Virus record (IMG/VR): IMGVR_UViG_3300047539_000004
Length of the DNA stretch: 64,000 bases
DNA from: an uncultured virus (IMG/VR IMGVR_UViG_3300047539_000004)
Taxonomy: Duplodnaviria > Heunggongvirae > Uroviricota > Caudoviricetes
Strand: one strand, 5' to 3'
The translations under genes were made by a program, and so were the position numbers. Positions 35,900 through 47,870 of this stretch are shown one piece after another. The stretch's first letter is position 1, and each line of letters opens with the position of its first letter. Below the pieces are notes generated by a model. It was given only the letters and a program-made list of their open reading frames with translations, searched no databases and was not told where the DNA came from.

Positions 35900-37192
35900 A
35901 TTCAACTGAATAAACTGCTATCAATCCTTCCTGATTGTTCCAGACATATGCTTCTGCGTTTCTTTGCTGTCCGATACAAACCGTGTTCTCGGAATGCCAA
36001 GCGTCTGGTGGTGATAGCTAGGCAGGAATTCTAACACGGACCCCATGAAACTCTTGGAGTTTAGTTTGGTGGATGTGTCCGGTGTGGATTTCGCGGAATA
36101 AGGTTTCTCCAAAATCTTTACTCCTTTCGGTTGCCATAAGCAACGGATAGTCGTCTCTCTTACCTTTGTCGCCATGAGTAAACATTAGAAGAACTTTTCC
36201 GTGACGAATATACTTACGCGAAGTTGGGTCATTGTTTACATGTACATCTGCATAGTTCTCAAAGATGCACTCTAACGAGTCTCCCAAATGCCACACACCA
36301 AGGTTGTCATGGTTGCCCGATACCATGATTACTTCTACGGGGGCAACCTTCCTCAATGTCTCAATAGCTTCCGTAATTGTCTTTCTGACAACACTAAATG
36401 TCTTCTGATACCTACAATCTGTACTTACAAATGTTCCCTTCGTAGTTCTTCCTAATTCATCATCTGAGTTGAGCAAATCGTTTCCTACTACAAACACTAC
36501 GCGGCTATAGTTGTAACCGCTAGCGCGTTTCACTAGCGAGTCTACGGCTCTCAAGAAGATAGCTGCTGCAATCGGAGTGTCGTAATTCTTGTCCCCAGTT
36601 TCCTTGCCCCAAGCCATCTTCCCAAAGTGCGAGTCTGGAATGTTTATCTCTAGAAGATTGTCGGACTCAGTTGCTGGTGTATATCTCCTAACAACTGGTG
36701 CTGATTTCTTAAACTCAGCTTTGATCTTGTCAATCTCTGCCTTAGCGTCTACAATCTCTTTGCGCTTGGCGAGTGTGGCTTTTACCTGATAGAGAGGCGT
36801 AACGTCTACACCACCATCAACTGATTTGGATGCCATTTCCCACTTGTTGACTATGAAACGCTCTACTTCCCAGACAGACAAGTCCACTTTACAATACTCA
36901 AGAAGTTCGGGCAGTGTGTGGATGCGTGTGTTTTTAATTGAGATGTTGTACGTATCATCTTGAATCTCATAAACTTCTTCTGAGAACTTGTTTTGGTCTT
37001 CTTATCTCCGCTTACTGCTGCTACAAAATCCTTGAATGTTGGGAAGTACTTGTTCCAAACTTTCTCAGGAAATGCTCCCTTCACTCTGTAGAAATCCCTA
37101 GATACACTGGAATGCTTGTCCAGCAATGAACGCATGTCTGAAATTAAAGCCTTTAGCTGTTTCTGTTCTGGTGTAAAAGATGGACTACCCAT
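35900..37192 (-). pseudogene. metallophosphoesterase-like protein, broken by indels as assembled
   Basis: D.H.GK, GND, GNHD, THGD, GHIH; reading continues LSPPDAWH..QRNAEAYVW past the stop at 36018; 36863-37192 is likely its N-terminus. Confidence 0.7.
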
Positions 37193-37224
37193 TCTCCTCC
37201 GTTTAGTTTCATCGACTTAAAACC

Positions 37225-37253
37225 ATTGTAGCACAGTCTCTAAGCCTTGTCAA
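37225..37253 (-). promoter_or_regulatory. sigma70-like promoter
   Basis: TTGACA-17-TACAAT on the minus strand. Confidence 0.65.
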
Positions 37254-37605
37254 CTGGCTTCTTTGTATTCTTTCGGCTGCGTACCGCGATATTAGCGTGT
37301 TGGTTTATCAGCATTGGTGCATAGAACGTTCTGAAGTCGGCCCTCATTTCTTTCGATTCCTCTACAATGGCAACAGTTTGACCCTTTAATTCGCTTACAA
37401 TCGAAGTATTGTTATTGTCCACACTGTCTTTGACCTTATTAATCGCAGCGTGTAGAATAATTACGTTGCTGTCGATGTTTATGAGTTTAAATTTGATCCA
37501 CTGGATTACTTTAAAGCAGCTAAACAAAGCGACACCGACAGGTAGCCATATTTTAACAATCTCTACAAGTACGGCTCCCATCGTTACTGAAATAGGGTCA
37601 ATCAT
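37240..37605 (-). CDS. holin-like membrane protein
   Basis: N-terminal TM, coiled coil, basic tail; adjacent to a cell-wall hydrolase. Confidence 0.45.
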   Translation of the reverse strand: MIDPISVTMGAVLVEIVKIWLPVGVALFSCFKVIQWIKFKLINIDSNVIILHAAINKVKDSVDNNNTSIVSELKGQTVAIVEESKEMRADFRTFYAPMLINQHANIAVRSRKNTKKPVDKA

Positions 37606-37620
37606 TTTTAGTCTCCTTAC

Positions 37621-38028
37621 TTAAATCAGCACTATCAAGGAGTTCATATCACAAACCTTTTTGTGCACGTCTAAGTCACCAAGTATCCTTTCTTTGAACC
37701 AAGGGTTTGTGACTTCTTTACTGCTGTCAAACCAATATAAACCGCCGTGGCTATAGTCCTGAGCACCTGAGTAGATAGCTTCGACTTCGTGAAGCAGTCT
37801 GACAAACTGCGGCTCCCATACTGAAGGAGTCCCGGATGGTTGTTCTATTGTAGCACACTTCTCCGGGATTCTATCAATTATTTCGGTCCACGTTCCCCAC
37901 CCTAGCTTTTGCCTGTTGGCTAGACAAGACATGATCATACCAGAACCTAAGTGGCCTCCGAACTCGTGTCCGTGTTTCCAACCTGCTAGAACTAATTGGG
38001 CCTTACAAAAATCATCTTGACGTAACGT
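37621..38028 (-). CDS. SleB/Hydrolase_2-like cell wall hydrolase (start uncertain)
   Basis: ..CLANR...GWG...I.....D.SHGGLYWF; frame stays open upstream of the tracked start. Confidence 0.5.
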   Translation of the reverse strand, partial: TLRQDDFCKAQLVLAGWKHGHEFGGHLGSGMIMSCLANRQKLGWGTWTEIIDRIPEKCATIEQPSGTPSVWEPQFVRLLHEVEAIYSGAQDYSHGGLYWFDSSKEVTNPWFKERILGDLDVHKKVCDMNSLIVLI

Positions 38029-38042
38029 ATTACTACCCTCCC

Positions 38043-40619
38043 TTAGTAAGACGGTGTATAGACTTTCTTATCAGTGCCATCGTTTACATATGCATGAGTT
38101 GCTGTAGCATATTTGTTAGCAGCGTCTTCGGTTTTAAAAATTCCTAGATGCTCATGCGTTTTGTCGTAGTACTTCGTGGCTTCGTCTTCTAATTTACCGA
38201 TTGACTCTTTGCCCTGCGGCATCTTACCATCCGGCGTTAGAAACTTTCCGTTAGCGATTGAAGGGACTAGCGCGTAATTCGCTATCTTTGAACTTCCCCA
38301 GTCCACCGAATGTCCTGTACTATCAACCGGGACTGTCATGGAAAATATGCCGCTATGTGAGCCATCGGCATTTGTAATGGATGGTCTGTGGTTTACATCT
38401 ATGTTTCCTTGCTGTACCATACCATCTACAGACTTACCCGCTAGTGGTCCGGTATCGTATGTCCCTAGCGGATTAGTTTTCGGGGAGCCATTGTCACTGC
38501 CTCCCAAGCTGCTTTGCGTACCATTCAAAGCCTGTCTGTTAGCCTGTTTAGCTGTATTTGAGGCCGCGTGGCTGTTAGCTATCGTTGTGAGGCAGCAACT
38601 TCACCGCCCTTACTAACCTGATTGACTGTGGATTCATAGGCTCTAAACTTGTTGAGAAGTCTCGCGCCAGCTTCCGGGTCAAACAAAATTCTGTCGGCAA
38701 GATTACCGGCAGGAATAGTTGCAATCTTACCGGCATTTAGCGGCAGTTGCTTTAACCATTCCAAGAATGTACTACCAGTTGTAGGCATCTTCAAAGCATT
38801 CACAATGTCATTGTAATTCTTTACGCCTTTACCACCAAGTAAGTCTGCAAAAGAACCTTCTCCATATTGTGTATCAAATTGTCTAGGAAGTGTTTCTAAT
38901 GCTCTTGGATGTAATGATGCTATGTCACCTTTGAACGTGTTTCCAGCTTCGGCCCCTTTGGTAGCAGCCCGCATCTTATCTGCGATGTAATCATACTTTA
39001 AACCTTTCGAGTAAACGCTGTTTGCAGCTTTCAATTCATCAGGGTTTACTACATCAGAGTGTTTAGTAGTAAAGTCTTTCATCTCCTGCTCATACTTTGG
39101 CAGGTTAGTAATCGCATTTTCTTTGTCTACTTGACTAGATAGTTTGCTACCAATCGTGCTCTTAGCACCGCTGATTTGATCTTGCAGTTGTGTAAACAGT
39201 TTCGGCTTATCTGGGATTGCTTCTCCCGGCGTCACAATAGGCTTACCGTTAGCATCTAGAAGAGTTGATGGTTGCTGCTTTGAAGCAGCCTTACCGTATT
39301 GATCTTCCCATGCTTGAATTTCTGGCTGTGCGGCATCGTCTAATTTTTGGTAAGTCGTCTTAGCTTCCTGCTTCATGTACTTTGCTATGTCGTCAACGGT
39401 TCCAAGTTGGGGTTGCTGTCCTGTTTCTGCGAACGATGGCGTACCTTGTGCCCCATGCAAATCATCTACAGCATCTAAAGCTGACTGTGTGAAGTTACTT
39501 TGTGTAGCTTTGACTGCTGCTGGTTGAACCTTAGTTGCTACAAAGTTTTTTGCGCCTTCTTTTGTTGCCGAACCTTTTATAAGGTGTGCGCCAAAATCAT
39601 CATTTTCAGGTAACTGTGGATGTGTGGCAGCTACAGGTATCTCTGTATCCGCAACATTAATTGACTTAGGCGATAAACTTTCGGCAGACCTTGCAACGTC
39701 ACCGATTGCAGCAGAGACTACACCTGTTCCGGCACCAAGCGCACCGGCTGTTGCACCGGCTTCTATAGCTGTCTTTGGGTCTTCAGTATGTATGTAACTC
39801 TGTGTACCAATCTTCAAAGCATCTGCACTGGCCTTTAGACCGATTGCAACTAACCCTGCTACTTTTGGGTTTGTCTTAAGTATTTTTGATAACTGACCGG
39901 CTTGTGCAACGTGTGCAGCCGTATCAAAAGTTTCAATAGCTTTTCCTGCTTCTACGGCTTTGGCCGGGGCAGAGGCTAGTTTTAGAAAACCTTCTCCACC
40001 GACCAATTCTAACATCTGCTCACCAACGGCTCCAACACTCTCCCAAAATCCAGTTGGTTGTCCAGAAGAATGTAACCAATTTGAAACTGCTTGAATTGTA
40101 GGACTCGGAGCCTTGTTAGGATTGCTAGCCGCTTTGTTTGCGATAGCGCTTATCTGTGCAGGGTTCGCTTCAGGGTGCGCATTCTTATATGCATCTACAA
40201 AAGTTTTTGGGTCAAACTGACTAACTCCCTCTCTAGGCGCGTTAATCATATCAAGAATACCGCCTAACCCAGATGCGGCAGATTTTAGGGCACCGCCAAT
40301 CATTCCACCAAGGACAGGCGATTCCCAACCGGGATCGTTTTGTCCTTCTACACTCCTCGACCGCATTTTGCAAACCTGTCTTAACTGGTGCGACTGTAGG
40401 TTTGTCCCATGTGATTCCGGCATCAGGGGAAGGGGTTGACATAGGCGCTTTGTCCCACGTAATCCCTTCAGATGGAGGATTGTTTACATCTGATACATCC
40501 CCACCATTCGGAGGATTTGACGTTCCGGTTAGCGGAGATGCAGCAGTAGGTTCCGGGGTAGAAGAAGCACTTGGAGAATTGACTTCAATGCTTTCATGTT
40601 GTGGCTGATTAGGATTCAT
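38043..40619 (-). CDS. internal virion (ejection) protein; probably one gene with two frameshifts (near 40365 and 38590)
   Basis: ORFs 40251-40619, 38579-40423 and 38043-38528 join through single-base shifts; Ala/Gly-rich; ITWDK repeats. Confidence 0.6.
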
Positions 40620-43510
40620 TATCTACCTTGTGGTGCGGCTTGTTGTGTAGTTGGTGGTGTAACTTTCTGGATAGTGCCGTTCGGAAGTTTCCAAGCTACA
40701 ATGTTACCTTTACCATCCCTTCCGGCGATTGCACCAGCTTGTGGGGGTTGGGGCTGTTGCGGTTGTTGTGGTGCGCCGTTCTTTGCCCACGGAGCTTCAT
40801 AACCGTACTTTTGAAACAAAGCGGTAACTTCAGGACGTACATTAGTAAGGTGTTCTCCGAGATTATCAAACGTGTTATAGTCGATAGAACTAAGTCTACC
40901 GGACATTAAGCCTGTGTAAGCCTTAATAACTCCTTCACGCTGTTCTGGTGAAGCGTTAACTGACAAAGTTTTCAAACCTTGTTCAATAGCTTCTTTGTAC
41001 GGAATCGTACCACCGGCTGCAACTTTCTCAACCTCTTGTGCCGCAATTTGTGAAATTGCTTGATAAGTCATTGCTGGTGATTGACCAATTTGTACGCCAA
41101 GTTGGTTTGCAAGTTGGTTAATTTTTTGTACGTCTCCGTTCTGTAGAGCATCACCCGCTTGCCTTAACAAGTCCAAGTGCTGTACAGCGGTACCGGCATT
41201 CTGAATAGCCTTACCGTTGTTATAATTGCCTGATGCATTCTCTGTACGAACTCTCTGTGCAGTGCCATACTTGGTAGCGTTATAGCCGGGATTGATGAAT
41301 TGTCCGATATAAGATACACCAGTTTGTGCATCCATTTCATCGGGTGAGCCTTTCTGCCATGTTCTAGCTGGAAGTGTGCCCGCTTCTGGTGCCATATAAT
41401 GTCCAACACGCCATAGTGCATCAAAGTTAGATGGTATCTTAACTCCTTGTGCTTGTAATGCTGCTCTAGCAGTAGGTGAATCTGATATTTGAACATCCGG
41501 GTTTATCTTATAATTGGCCGGTAACGATAGGAAACTCTGCAAATGCTGAGAAGCTTGCTGATCTAGGGCATTTTTTGCTGCTGCTTTCTTTTCGCTCTCT
41601 GCTTCTGCTTGGTCAAGTTTGACTTGTTCTTTTTGTGCCGTTACCATATCATCATGCGCTGAAATTTGATCTGCACCGCCCATGAAAGCCGATACATCTT
41701 TGGCAGCGGAAACCTGTGCAGGGTCTTTGCTACCAAGCATTGCTGCAATAGCTTTGCCATAACTTCCATCTGTATGTGCTAACTGTGATTGAAACAAATC
41801 ATTATCTTGAGGAAATGTTTGATGATCTTTGGTCCAATCGGCCATATTCGGTCTTGTAGCCTGTGACGCACCGGCAGTTCCAGTAGTTCCGGCTTGTGCG
41901 GCAGTAGTTGCTTGGTTGTTTGCCAAGCCTGCCAACTTAAACAAGTCATTAGCATATTTAGTAGTAACGTCAGCTTTTTGATCCTTCGTGTCTACAATGT
42001 TGCCCTTCGCATCAACTGCTCCCGGCCCTGCTGCATAAGCGGCGAAAGCCAATCTTGGGTCACCATTAATGTTTGGATGCTTGGTCTTATCTAGCAAATC
42101 TGCAAGATACTTTGTACCACCTTCAACGTTTTGTTGGATGTTAAAGGGGTCTGTAACTCCGTTGGACTTTGCTGTGCTGTCTATCAATTGCATTAGTCCT
42201 GAAGCAGTAGATGTTGGACTCTTTGCCTTCGGGTCACCGGCGCTCTCATGTTGAATAACGGCGTTGATCATTGATGCGGGAACGTTGTACTTCTTTGCGT
42301 TATTCGCTACAGCAGGAGCAATATCGGGGTTCTTAAAGGCAATTTTATCGCCTTCTCCTGTAGTTGCAGAAGACACAGACCCAGTAGGTGTAGTTCCTGC
42401 ATCCTTACCTTTCTCTAACATGTCAAAATATTTGTTGTAACTATCTTGGGAAGTTCCCCAACTAGTTAATTGTCCTTTGATATTTAGATAGTTAGATAAC
42501 TCCATCGGAGAATCAATGACTAAATCATTATCTGCCCATTTGTATCCCATTTGTTTTGCTGTAGCAAGATCATCCTTATTAAACAAACCGGAAAGTTTGG
42601 TTCCCGGTTTTACAGCATAGTAATTATCGTCATACTGCGGCACACCCCTAGAATCTAACACCTGATTGCCCTTGTCGTCTAATCTTGGAACGGATTCGAA
42701 CGGTATAACATTGTGTTCAGTAACGTTATACTTCGCAAAGTCGCTATACTTCAACGGTCCAATAAGACTTCCGGGTGCTTTAGCTTGTAATGTGTCTATC
42801 AAAGGTTTGTAATGGTCGATGTATGTTTGGTGTGTTGCTTCATCTTGTCTACCAACATTTCTAGCAATTTGCCACTGACGCATGTTTGTTTCTGTTACCT
42901 GTGCTTTACGGGCGTAATCTTGCTGTGCTTGTTGTTGGCTTTGTTGATTTTGAGACTGTCCTTGCTGTCTACCGGCTTGGAAACCAGCGGCTGCGGCTCT
43001 GCCTTCTACACCGGGACCGGGCTTGACACCAAGACCAGCAGCCATACCGCTTAATGCTTCCATAGCAATTGCTAATCCAAGGTGGGCACCGCTTACAGGA
43101 ACTTGCGTTTTCTGCATATTGCCTGTAGCATCGACGTTGTACTTATAACGTGGTCCACCAGCGAGTGCTTCCGCTACATCATAAAACCTGCTGGCTTTCT
43201 TTACAGCCGGGTCTACTGGGGGAGTAGTAGGCGCACCTGTAGGTTGTCCGGGAGTTGGCGTTTTACTTGGGTCTACTTTACCCGGAACGACAGCTTGTGA
43301 AGGCTGTTGCTGCCCCGGAGCGGGTTGCGGAGGCGCATTCCCGGCTTGTGGGCCGGGTGCGGGAGGCGCACTGGCAGGACTTGACACGCTTGCCGGGGAA
43401 GTAGGTTGCTGTGCGCTTGGCTGCGTAGCAGATAGAATTTGATCGTTAGGTAAACTAACATCCCCGCCGCTAAAGTTCGATGAAGTTGTACCGTCTGGTG
43501 TATCTGGCAT
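40619..43510 (-). CDS. internal virion protein with lytic transglycosylase (SLT) domain
   Basis: AVIQHES.G...A.S...ASGLMQL...TA...N..GG.KYL...AAY.AGPG. Confidence 0.85.
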   Translation of the reverse strand: MPDTPDGTTSSNFSGGDVSLPNDQILSATQPSAQQPTSPASVSSPASAPPAPGPQAGNAPPQPAPGQQQPSQAVVPGKVDPSKTPTPGQPTGAPTTPPVDPAVKKASRFYDVAEALAGGPRYKYNVDATGNMQKTQVPVSGAHLGLAIAMEALSGMAAGLGVKPGPGVEGRAAAAGFQAGRQQGQSQNQQSQQQAQQDYARKAQVTETNMRQWQIARNVGRQDEATHQTYIDHYKPLIDTLQAKAPGSLIGPLKYSDFAKYNVTEHNVIPFESVPRLDDKGNQVLDSRGVPQYDDNYYAVKPGTKLSGLFNKDDLATAKQMGYKWADNDLVIDSPMELSNYLNIKGQLTSWGTSQDSYNKYFDMLEKGKDAGTTPTGSVSSATTGEGDKIAFKNPDIAPAVANNAKKYNVPASMINAVIQHESAGDPKAKSPTSTASGLMQLIDSTAKSNGVTDPFNIQQNVEGGTKYLADLLDKTKHPNINGDPRLAFAAYAAGPGAVDAKGNIVDTKDQKADVTTKYANDLFKLAGLANNQATTAAQAGTTGTAGASQATRPNMADWTKDHQTFPQDNDLFQSQLAHTDGSYGKAIAAMLGSKDPAQVSAAKDVSAFMGGADQISAHDDMVTAQKEQVKLDQAEAESEKKAAAKNALDQQASQHLQSFLSLPANYKINPDVQISDSPTARAALQAQGVKIPSNFDALWRVGHYMAPEAGTLPARTWQKGSPDEMDAQTGVSYIGQFINPGYNATKYGTAQRVRTENASGNYNNGKAIQNAGTAVQHLDLLRQAGDALQNGDVQKINQLANQLGVQIGQSPAMTYQAISQIAAQEVEKVAAGGTIPYKEAIEQGLKTLSVNASPEQREGVIKAYTGLMSGRLSSIDYNTFDNLGEHLTNVRPEVTALFQKYGYEAPWAKNGAPQQPQQPQPPQAGAIAGRDGKGNIVAWKLPNGTIQKVTPPTTQQAAPQGR

Positions 43511-43519
43511 TTTTATCCT

Positions 43520-44353
43520 TTAACTGACTTCTGGTATCTGATATAAATTTTCGTCGCCTGTACTCATTTGCGAAGCATTCTGAGCGCCTGAAGTTACCGC
43601 CTCTGCCCAGTTTCCGGGAGACGTGGTTTCGCCAGTCCCACTGGCTGAACTAAAAAGTCCACCGCTAGCTGCCCCTCCGACTGCTCCTAATGCTCCGCTA
43701 ACCAATTGCATCCAACTGTTATTTTGTGATGCAATCTGGTTAGCTGTTGATGCAGCGGCTTGACCCGACCCTGTAGCAGCATTTGTTGCACCTGAAGCAA
43801 CACTTAACGGATTAGCAGCACCTGCTAGCCCTTGTACTGCGGTATCATAGTTGGCTCTACCAGTAGCATAGTTCTGTTGGGTGATACCGCTTAATTCACT
43901 TGCTGTCTGATTAGCAGCAGAAGAGGCCAGACTTGCATCCGTCCCTACACTAGCACCGCTCGGTAGCGGCATGTTGCCTCCACCTTGTGAGTTCTCTTGC
44001 GACTTTAGTGCTTCTGATGCATTCTTGTATGACTGTCCGGTTTGTGTAATGGCTTCTGAATTAAGGTTCGAGTTTTCCTGTGCCGAAAAACCTTCTTGAT
44101 TAGGACCGGCTGCAACAGTCGGAGCAAACGTGTTTTGCAATTGCTGAGACACAGCAGACGCTACGCCAAAGACTGCGGCTGATTGTGCGGCTGCTTGCGT
44201 ATAAGCGGCAGACTGCTGCGCTTCTATCTGATTTTGCTGTGAAGACGCACCACAGAGTCTTTCTATAGGGCCATTGTACTCAAAAGAATCTGCGTTGTCA
44301 AGTACGTATTGTGTACCATCCCATTTATATTCAAGCTTAGTGTATATACGCAT
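43520..44353 (-). CDS. ejection or pilot protein
   Basis: Ala/Gln/Ser-rich with a C-terminal Gly-rich hydrophobic stretch; synteny. Confidence 0.65.
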   Translation of the reverse strand: MRIYTKLEYKWDGTQYVLDNADSFEYNGPIERLCGASSQQNQIEAQQSAAYTQAAAQSAAVFGVASAVSQQLQNTFAPTVAAGPNQEGFSAQENSNLNSEAITQTGQSYKNASEALKSQENSQGGGNMPLPSGASVGTDASLASSAANQTASELSGITQQNYATGRANYDTAVQGLAGAANPLSVASGATNAATGSGQAAASTANQIASQNNSWMQLVSGALGAVGGAASGGLFSSASGTGETTSPGNWAEAVTSGAQNASQMSTGDENLYQIPEVS

Positions 44354-44777
44354 TATTCTCCAGTGGTCCTACTTCCTGTAAATACTTTACTAGCAACTCT
44401 GGGGTGTTCCAATGTTCCTCAAATCCAAGTCTTCGTATACAAAAATTCTTGAGAAGAGTTTGGGTTGTGTAGAACAGAAACGAAGTGAATCCATTTTCCT
44501 TGGCTAGTTTAGCTAATCGTGGAAAGCCTTCCAACATGGTTCGCATGTTTCGTTTGGCAGCGCGGTTGTCTAAGAATTGTATGTCTAAGATAACCGCTTG
44601 ACCAACGAATGAGCCGCGAACAAAAAGAACTATACCATCATCGTCCGAATATACAGAACACACTGTGTTAGGTTCTAGGAAGAACTCTAAACTAGTGTTG
44701 GAATGGTATTCATCCTTTTCTAAACTTTCTTTAAGGAGTGGGTAATCTTCCTCTTTTATAAACCTATTGGTTACCAT
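44337..44777 (-). CDS. GNAT-fold-like virion assembly protein
   Basis: position before the ejection genes; C-terminal RLGF motif. Confidence 0.45.
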   Translation of the reverse strand: MVTNRFIKEEDYPLLKESLEKDEYHSNTSLEFFLEPNTVCSVYSDDDGIVLFVRGSFVGQAVILDIQFLDNRAAKRNMRTMLEGFPRLAKLAKENGFTSFLFYTTQTLLKNFCIRRLGFEEHWNTPELLVKYLQEVGPLENNAYIH

Positions 44778-44786
44778 AGTTTCCTA

Positions 44787-45593
44787 TTAGATATAAACTT
44801 CATCCCATGTGAGTGTAGTCTGAACAGTTAGATCAGCGGGTGTACCACCTAATCCAAACAATGCAATACAGTTTCCGGGAGTAAGAATGACTGCTCCACC
44901 AATATCATCATGGACGCCACTAACTACATCGGCACCGGGAGTAGCTGTTCCTAAAGCCCATGCAGCAAGTTGACGAACAGCTACCGGAGCGACACCCAAC
45001 GTAGCTGAAACATATGCTTTAGCAACTGACGCTGCCCCGCTGCCTAATAGACAGTTCTGAGTAGCAATCGCAGTCCCTACGGTAGTTGGAAGTATTGCGG
45101 CGGCAGCAGTTGATCCTAATTGACTGGAGGTTGATCCGCCTGTGATATTGCCGCAGATTGTTCCTCCACCCGTGGACCCCGTGATCGTTAAAGCTGTGGT
45201 CTTTGTGGCTGTGACGTTGGCGTGGATCGCGAGGTTGGTCGCAGTGGCATAAGTAAACGCACCGCCGTTTGTGGCGTCCGTAGCGAGCGTTGTAGTCACG
45301 GTCACCGTACCGCAGACACCCGCACTTGCGCCTGTCGCAGCACCGGGGTCCACATTCACCGCAATGCCCGTGCAACCGTTGGCGTTTAGTACGTCACCAT
45401 TTGCGAAACTACCTACAGCGACTGGAGTTCCGGTAGCTACACACGAAGCTCCTTGAGTTGGGTACCATCCTGCTCCGCCAGTTGTGTAGTTGATGTTTTG
45501 GCTAACAAGCAGGTTGGCGTAATATGTCGTCGCCCACGCTGGGCATGAGCCCAGGAGCGCAATAAGGAGAAGAATGCGAGTTGCCGTTTTCAT
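44787..45593 (-). CDS. fibre-associated protein with signal peptide
   Basis: [23 protein letters not shown]; Thr/Gly-rich with several Cys. Confidence 0.7.
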   Translation of the reverse strand: MKTATRILLLIALLGSCPAWATTYYANLLVSQNINYTTGGAGWYPTQGASCVATGTPVAVGSFANGDVLNANGCTGIAVNVDPGAATGASAGVCGTVTVTTTLATDATNGGAFTYATATNLAIHANVTATKTTALTITGSTGGGTICGNITGGSTSSQLGSTAAAAILPTTVGTAIATQNCLLGSGAASVAKAYVSATLGVAPVAVRQLAAWALGTATPGADVVSGVHDDIGGAVILTPGNCIALFGLGGTPADLTVQTTLTWDEVYI

Positions 45594-47605
45594 TGTTGCA
45601 CCGCCAGTACCAGATTCCAGTTATCGCACGTTGCGGAGTTCACGTTTGCCATCAGCACATCGTTCTTAGCGATGGTTTTCCCTGTTGACCATCCGGTAAG
45701 CGTGGTGTCTTGATAGTATTTTGCCGTTGAGAGCGTAGGCAGGTCTGAGGCCGTGATGGTGTTCGTTACCGTGGGGATTGCCGCATTGACCTTCCACACG
45801 TCGATCACTGCCGAGCAATTCCCCGCGCTCAATGTTCCGGTCAGAGTCGCCGAAATGATAGTACCCGCGAAAGGCGCTGTGAAGGACGGGGTTGTGCCCG
45901 TTCCAACAGCGGTTCCCGCCGCCGCGCTGTTGCCGAAGGTAATGCTGGTGATTGAGACGCTGGCGACCAATGATGAGTTAGGAACTGTACCGCTATTGAT
46001 CTCAGAACCCGCGATACTCTTGTTTGTCAGCGTCTGCGTATCTGTGGTGCCGACAATGGTTCCAGCGGGGGCGGCCACTGAGGATGTAACGGTGGTTGCC
46101 GTGGCTGCAATAGGAATCTGGGTTGCTGTCATGCCAGACAAACCACTAGAACCGCCTGACCCATTCGCTGCCGCCGTAATTGACCCGTCTGCCGCAACAG
46201 TAATATTGGCGTTAGTGTAAGACGCTGCCGTTACTGCTGTTGCCGCGATGTTGGCGTGTGGCAGCAGTCCGGTCACATCCGCAGAAGCCAAATTCACCGC
46301 GCTTGATGTCAGCACCGATTCGTTTACGTTGTCGCCTGTAGCCGCCGCAGCCGCGTGCAGAATGCCAGCCGCAGCCGTAGCGGGGAGCTTGTACAGGAAC
46401 GATGTGCCGCCCGTAACAGGAGCCGCGAATCCAGCGCTGTTTGCTGCGAGTGCGGGGATGTTGCCTGTTCCTGCTGAAAGATAGAGGGAGTTTGGGGTCG
46501 TTCCGGTACCTTGGAAGCTGGAGCCACTAACCGCCCCTGTGCTGGCAACCGAACTTGGCGTAATTGCTCCAAGTGCAATAGTCAGCGCTGGTGTTGCCCC
46601 GCCTGACGATGTGCCGGAAACGCCGTTTGCCGATGCTATCGAAACCGCTGTGACCGTGCCAAGAGGAACCGCCGTATTGCAATTGAGCAGTGTCCCTGTC
46701 GCTGTGTAGGTACACATATCGCCGTCGGTGTATGTGCCTTTGAGCAGAGAAAGCGCCGATGTTGCCGTGGTTGCATTTCCGCTCAGCGCCCCGGTGAAGC
46801 TCGGTGCGCTCAACGCTACATTCGACGCGATGCTATTAGCCGCCCACGTCAGCGTTGGGGTGCCGGTATCGGCGCTTGCTATCGTGCCGCCTGCGAGGAG
46901 GGCAAGGTTTGTAAACGTCTGCGTAGCCGTCCATGTGTTCGCGTGGCCGAGAGCAAGAGACGCTATCACCGCGCCTGTAGTCGGCGAAACGGTCAACGTG
47001 CCGTCGGAATTGCTTGTAGACGAAACACCGCCACTGCTTCCATTTGCCGCAGCTGTCACGCTGCCATCTGCCGCAACGGTGATATTCGCGTTCGTGTAGC
47101 TTCCCGGAGTCACCGCAGTTGCCGCAATATTGGCGTGCGGGATGCCTGTGGGCAAGTCAGCCACAACCAGCGCGCGGAAAGTCGGTGCCGCTGCCGAGCC
47201 TGTAGTCGGACCAGCGAGGATAGTATTCGCGGTCTGCGTGCCGAACCCCGCGAGTATTTGAGCCGCGGTCGCAATCGAAGGAACGCCGGTCGCAGTGGTA
47301 TTGTAGAGAATGCCGGAGGCAAGCGCCGAGAGTTGCGTACCGTTGAGGCCCGTTACTGTGGTTGCACCGCCTGTCAATGTGCTGTGTGCATCGCCTGAGA
47401 GCGCCGTGAATGAACCCGACCCGCCTGTAAATGTGCAAGTAGTTCCTGTGCAAGACACACCAGAACCTGTAAATGTAAAATTGCCAGTAGAACTATTGAT
47501 AGACAGAACACCGCTAAGCCCTACTGGGCCAATGACAGGCGTCTGCGCGAACGCAGAAATAGTAAACAATACACTGGCAATTAGTACAAAAAGTTTCTTT
47601 ATCAT
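45590..47605 (-). CDS. tail-fibre-like protein with signal peptide
   Basis: [21 protein letters not shown]; fibre motifs [18 protein letters not shown] (x2), [18 protein letters not shown]. Confidence 0.8.
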   Translation of the reverse strand: MIKKLFVLIASVLFTISAFAQTPVIGPVGLSGVLSINSSTGNFTFTGSGVSCTGTTCTFTGGSGSFTALSGDAHSTLTGGATTVTGLNGTQLSALASGILYNTTATGVPSIATAAQILAGFGTQTANTILAGPTTGSAAAPTFRALVVADLPTGIPHANIAATAVTPGSYTNANITVAADGSVTAAANGSSGGVSSTSNSDGTLTVSPTTGAVIASLALGHANTWTATQTFTNLALLAGGTIASADTGTPTLTWAANSIASNVALSAPSFTGALSGNATTATSALSLLKGTYTDGDMCTYTATGTLLNCNTAVPLGTVTAVSIASANGVSGTSSGGATPALTIALGAITPSSVASTGAVSGSSFQGTGTTPNSLYLSAGTGNIPALAANSAGFAAPVTGGTSFLYKLPATAAAGILHAAAAATGDNVNESVLTSSAVNLASADVTGLLPHANIAATAVTAASYTNANITVAADGSITAAANGSGGSSGLSGMTATQIPIAATATTVTSSVAAPAGTIVGTTDTQTLTNKSIAGSEINSGTVPNSSLVASVSITSITFGNSAAAGTAVGTGTTPSFTAPFAGTIISATLTGTLSAGNCSAVIDVWKVNAAIPTVTNTITASDLPTLSTAKYYQDTTLTGWSTGKTIAKNDVLMANVNSATCDNWNLVLAVQQ

Positions 47606-47614
47606 TATACTCCG

Positions 47615-47848
47615 TCTCATTTTGTTGGGTTGTAAAGTCTATTCTGCGGGATTCTCGCACCTTGGTAAAATATTCGAAGAGTATCCCCATGTTGCATTAG
47701 ATAAGATTGGTAGTGGGCATCTTGTAAAACCAGTCAGACCCGGTTGAAAGTTGTCCATATTTGTTACTCCTACAGGAGTAGCACCAGCTTTGTCAACCGG
47801 ACCATAGTTACTTAAATCGAGTCCCCTAGACTGTTCTAATGAAGGCAT
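47615..47848 (-). CDS. small tail-region protein (frameshift near 47690)
   Basis: MPSLEQ...RCPLP continues as [13 protein letters not shown] in another frame. Confidence 0.5.
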
Positions 47849-47870
47849 TATAACCCCTTTGTTTTGTTCA

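Noticed and set aside
36018..36020. Amber read-through or TAG recoding in the phosphoesterase, linked to CTA in the odd tRNA loop
   Set aside because: ATTCCTGCCTAGCTA is better explained by compensating indels of I-L-P-S-L. Many genes end normally at TAG, and long genes have no internal TAG.
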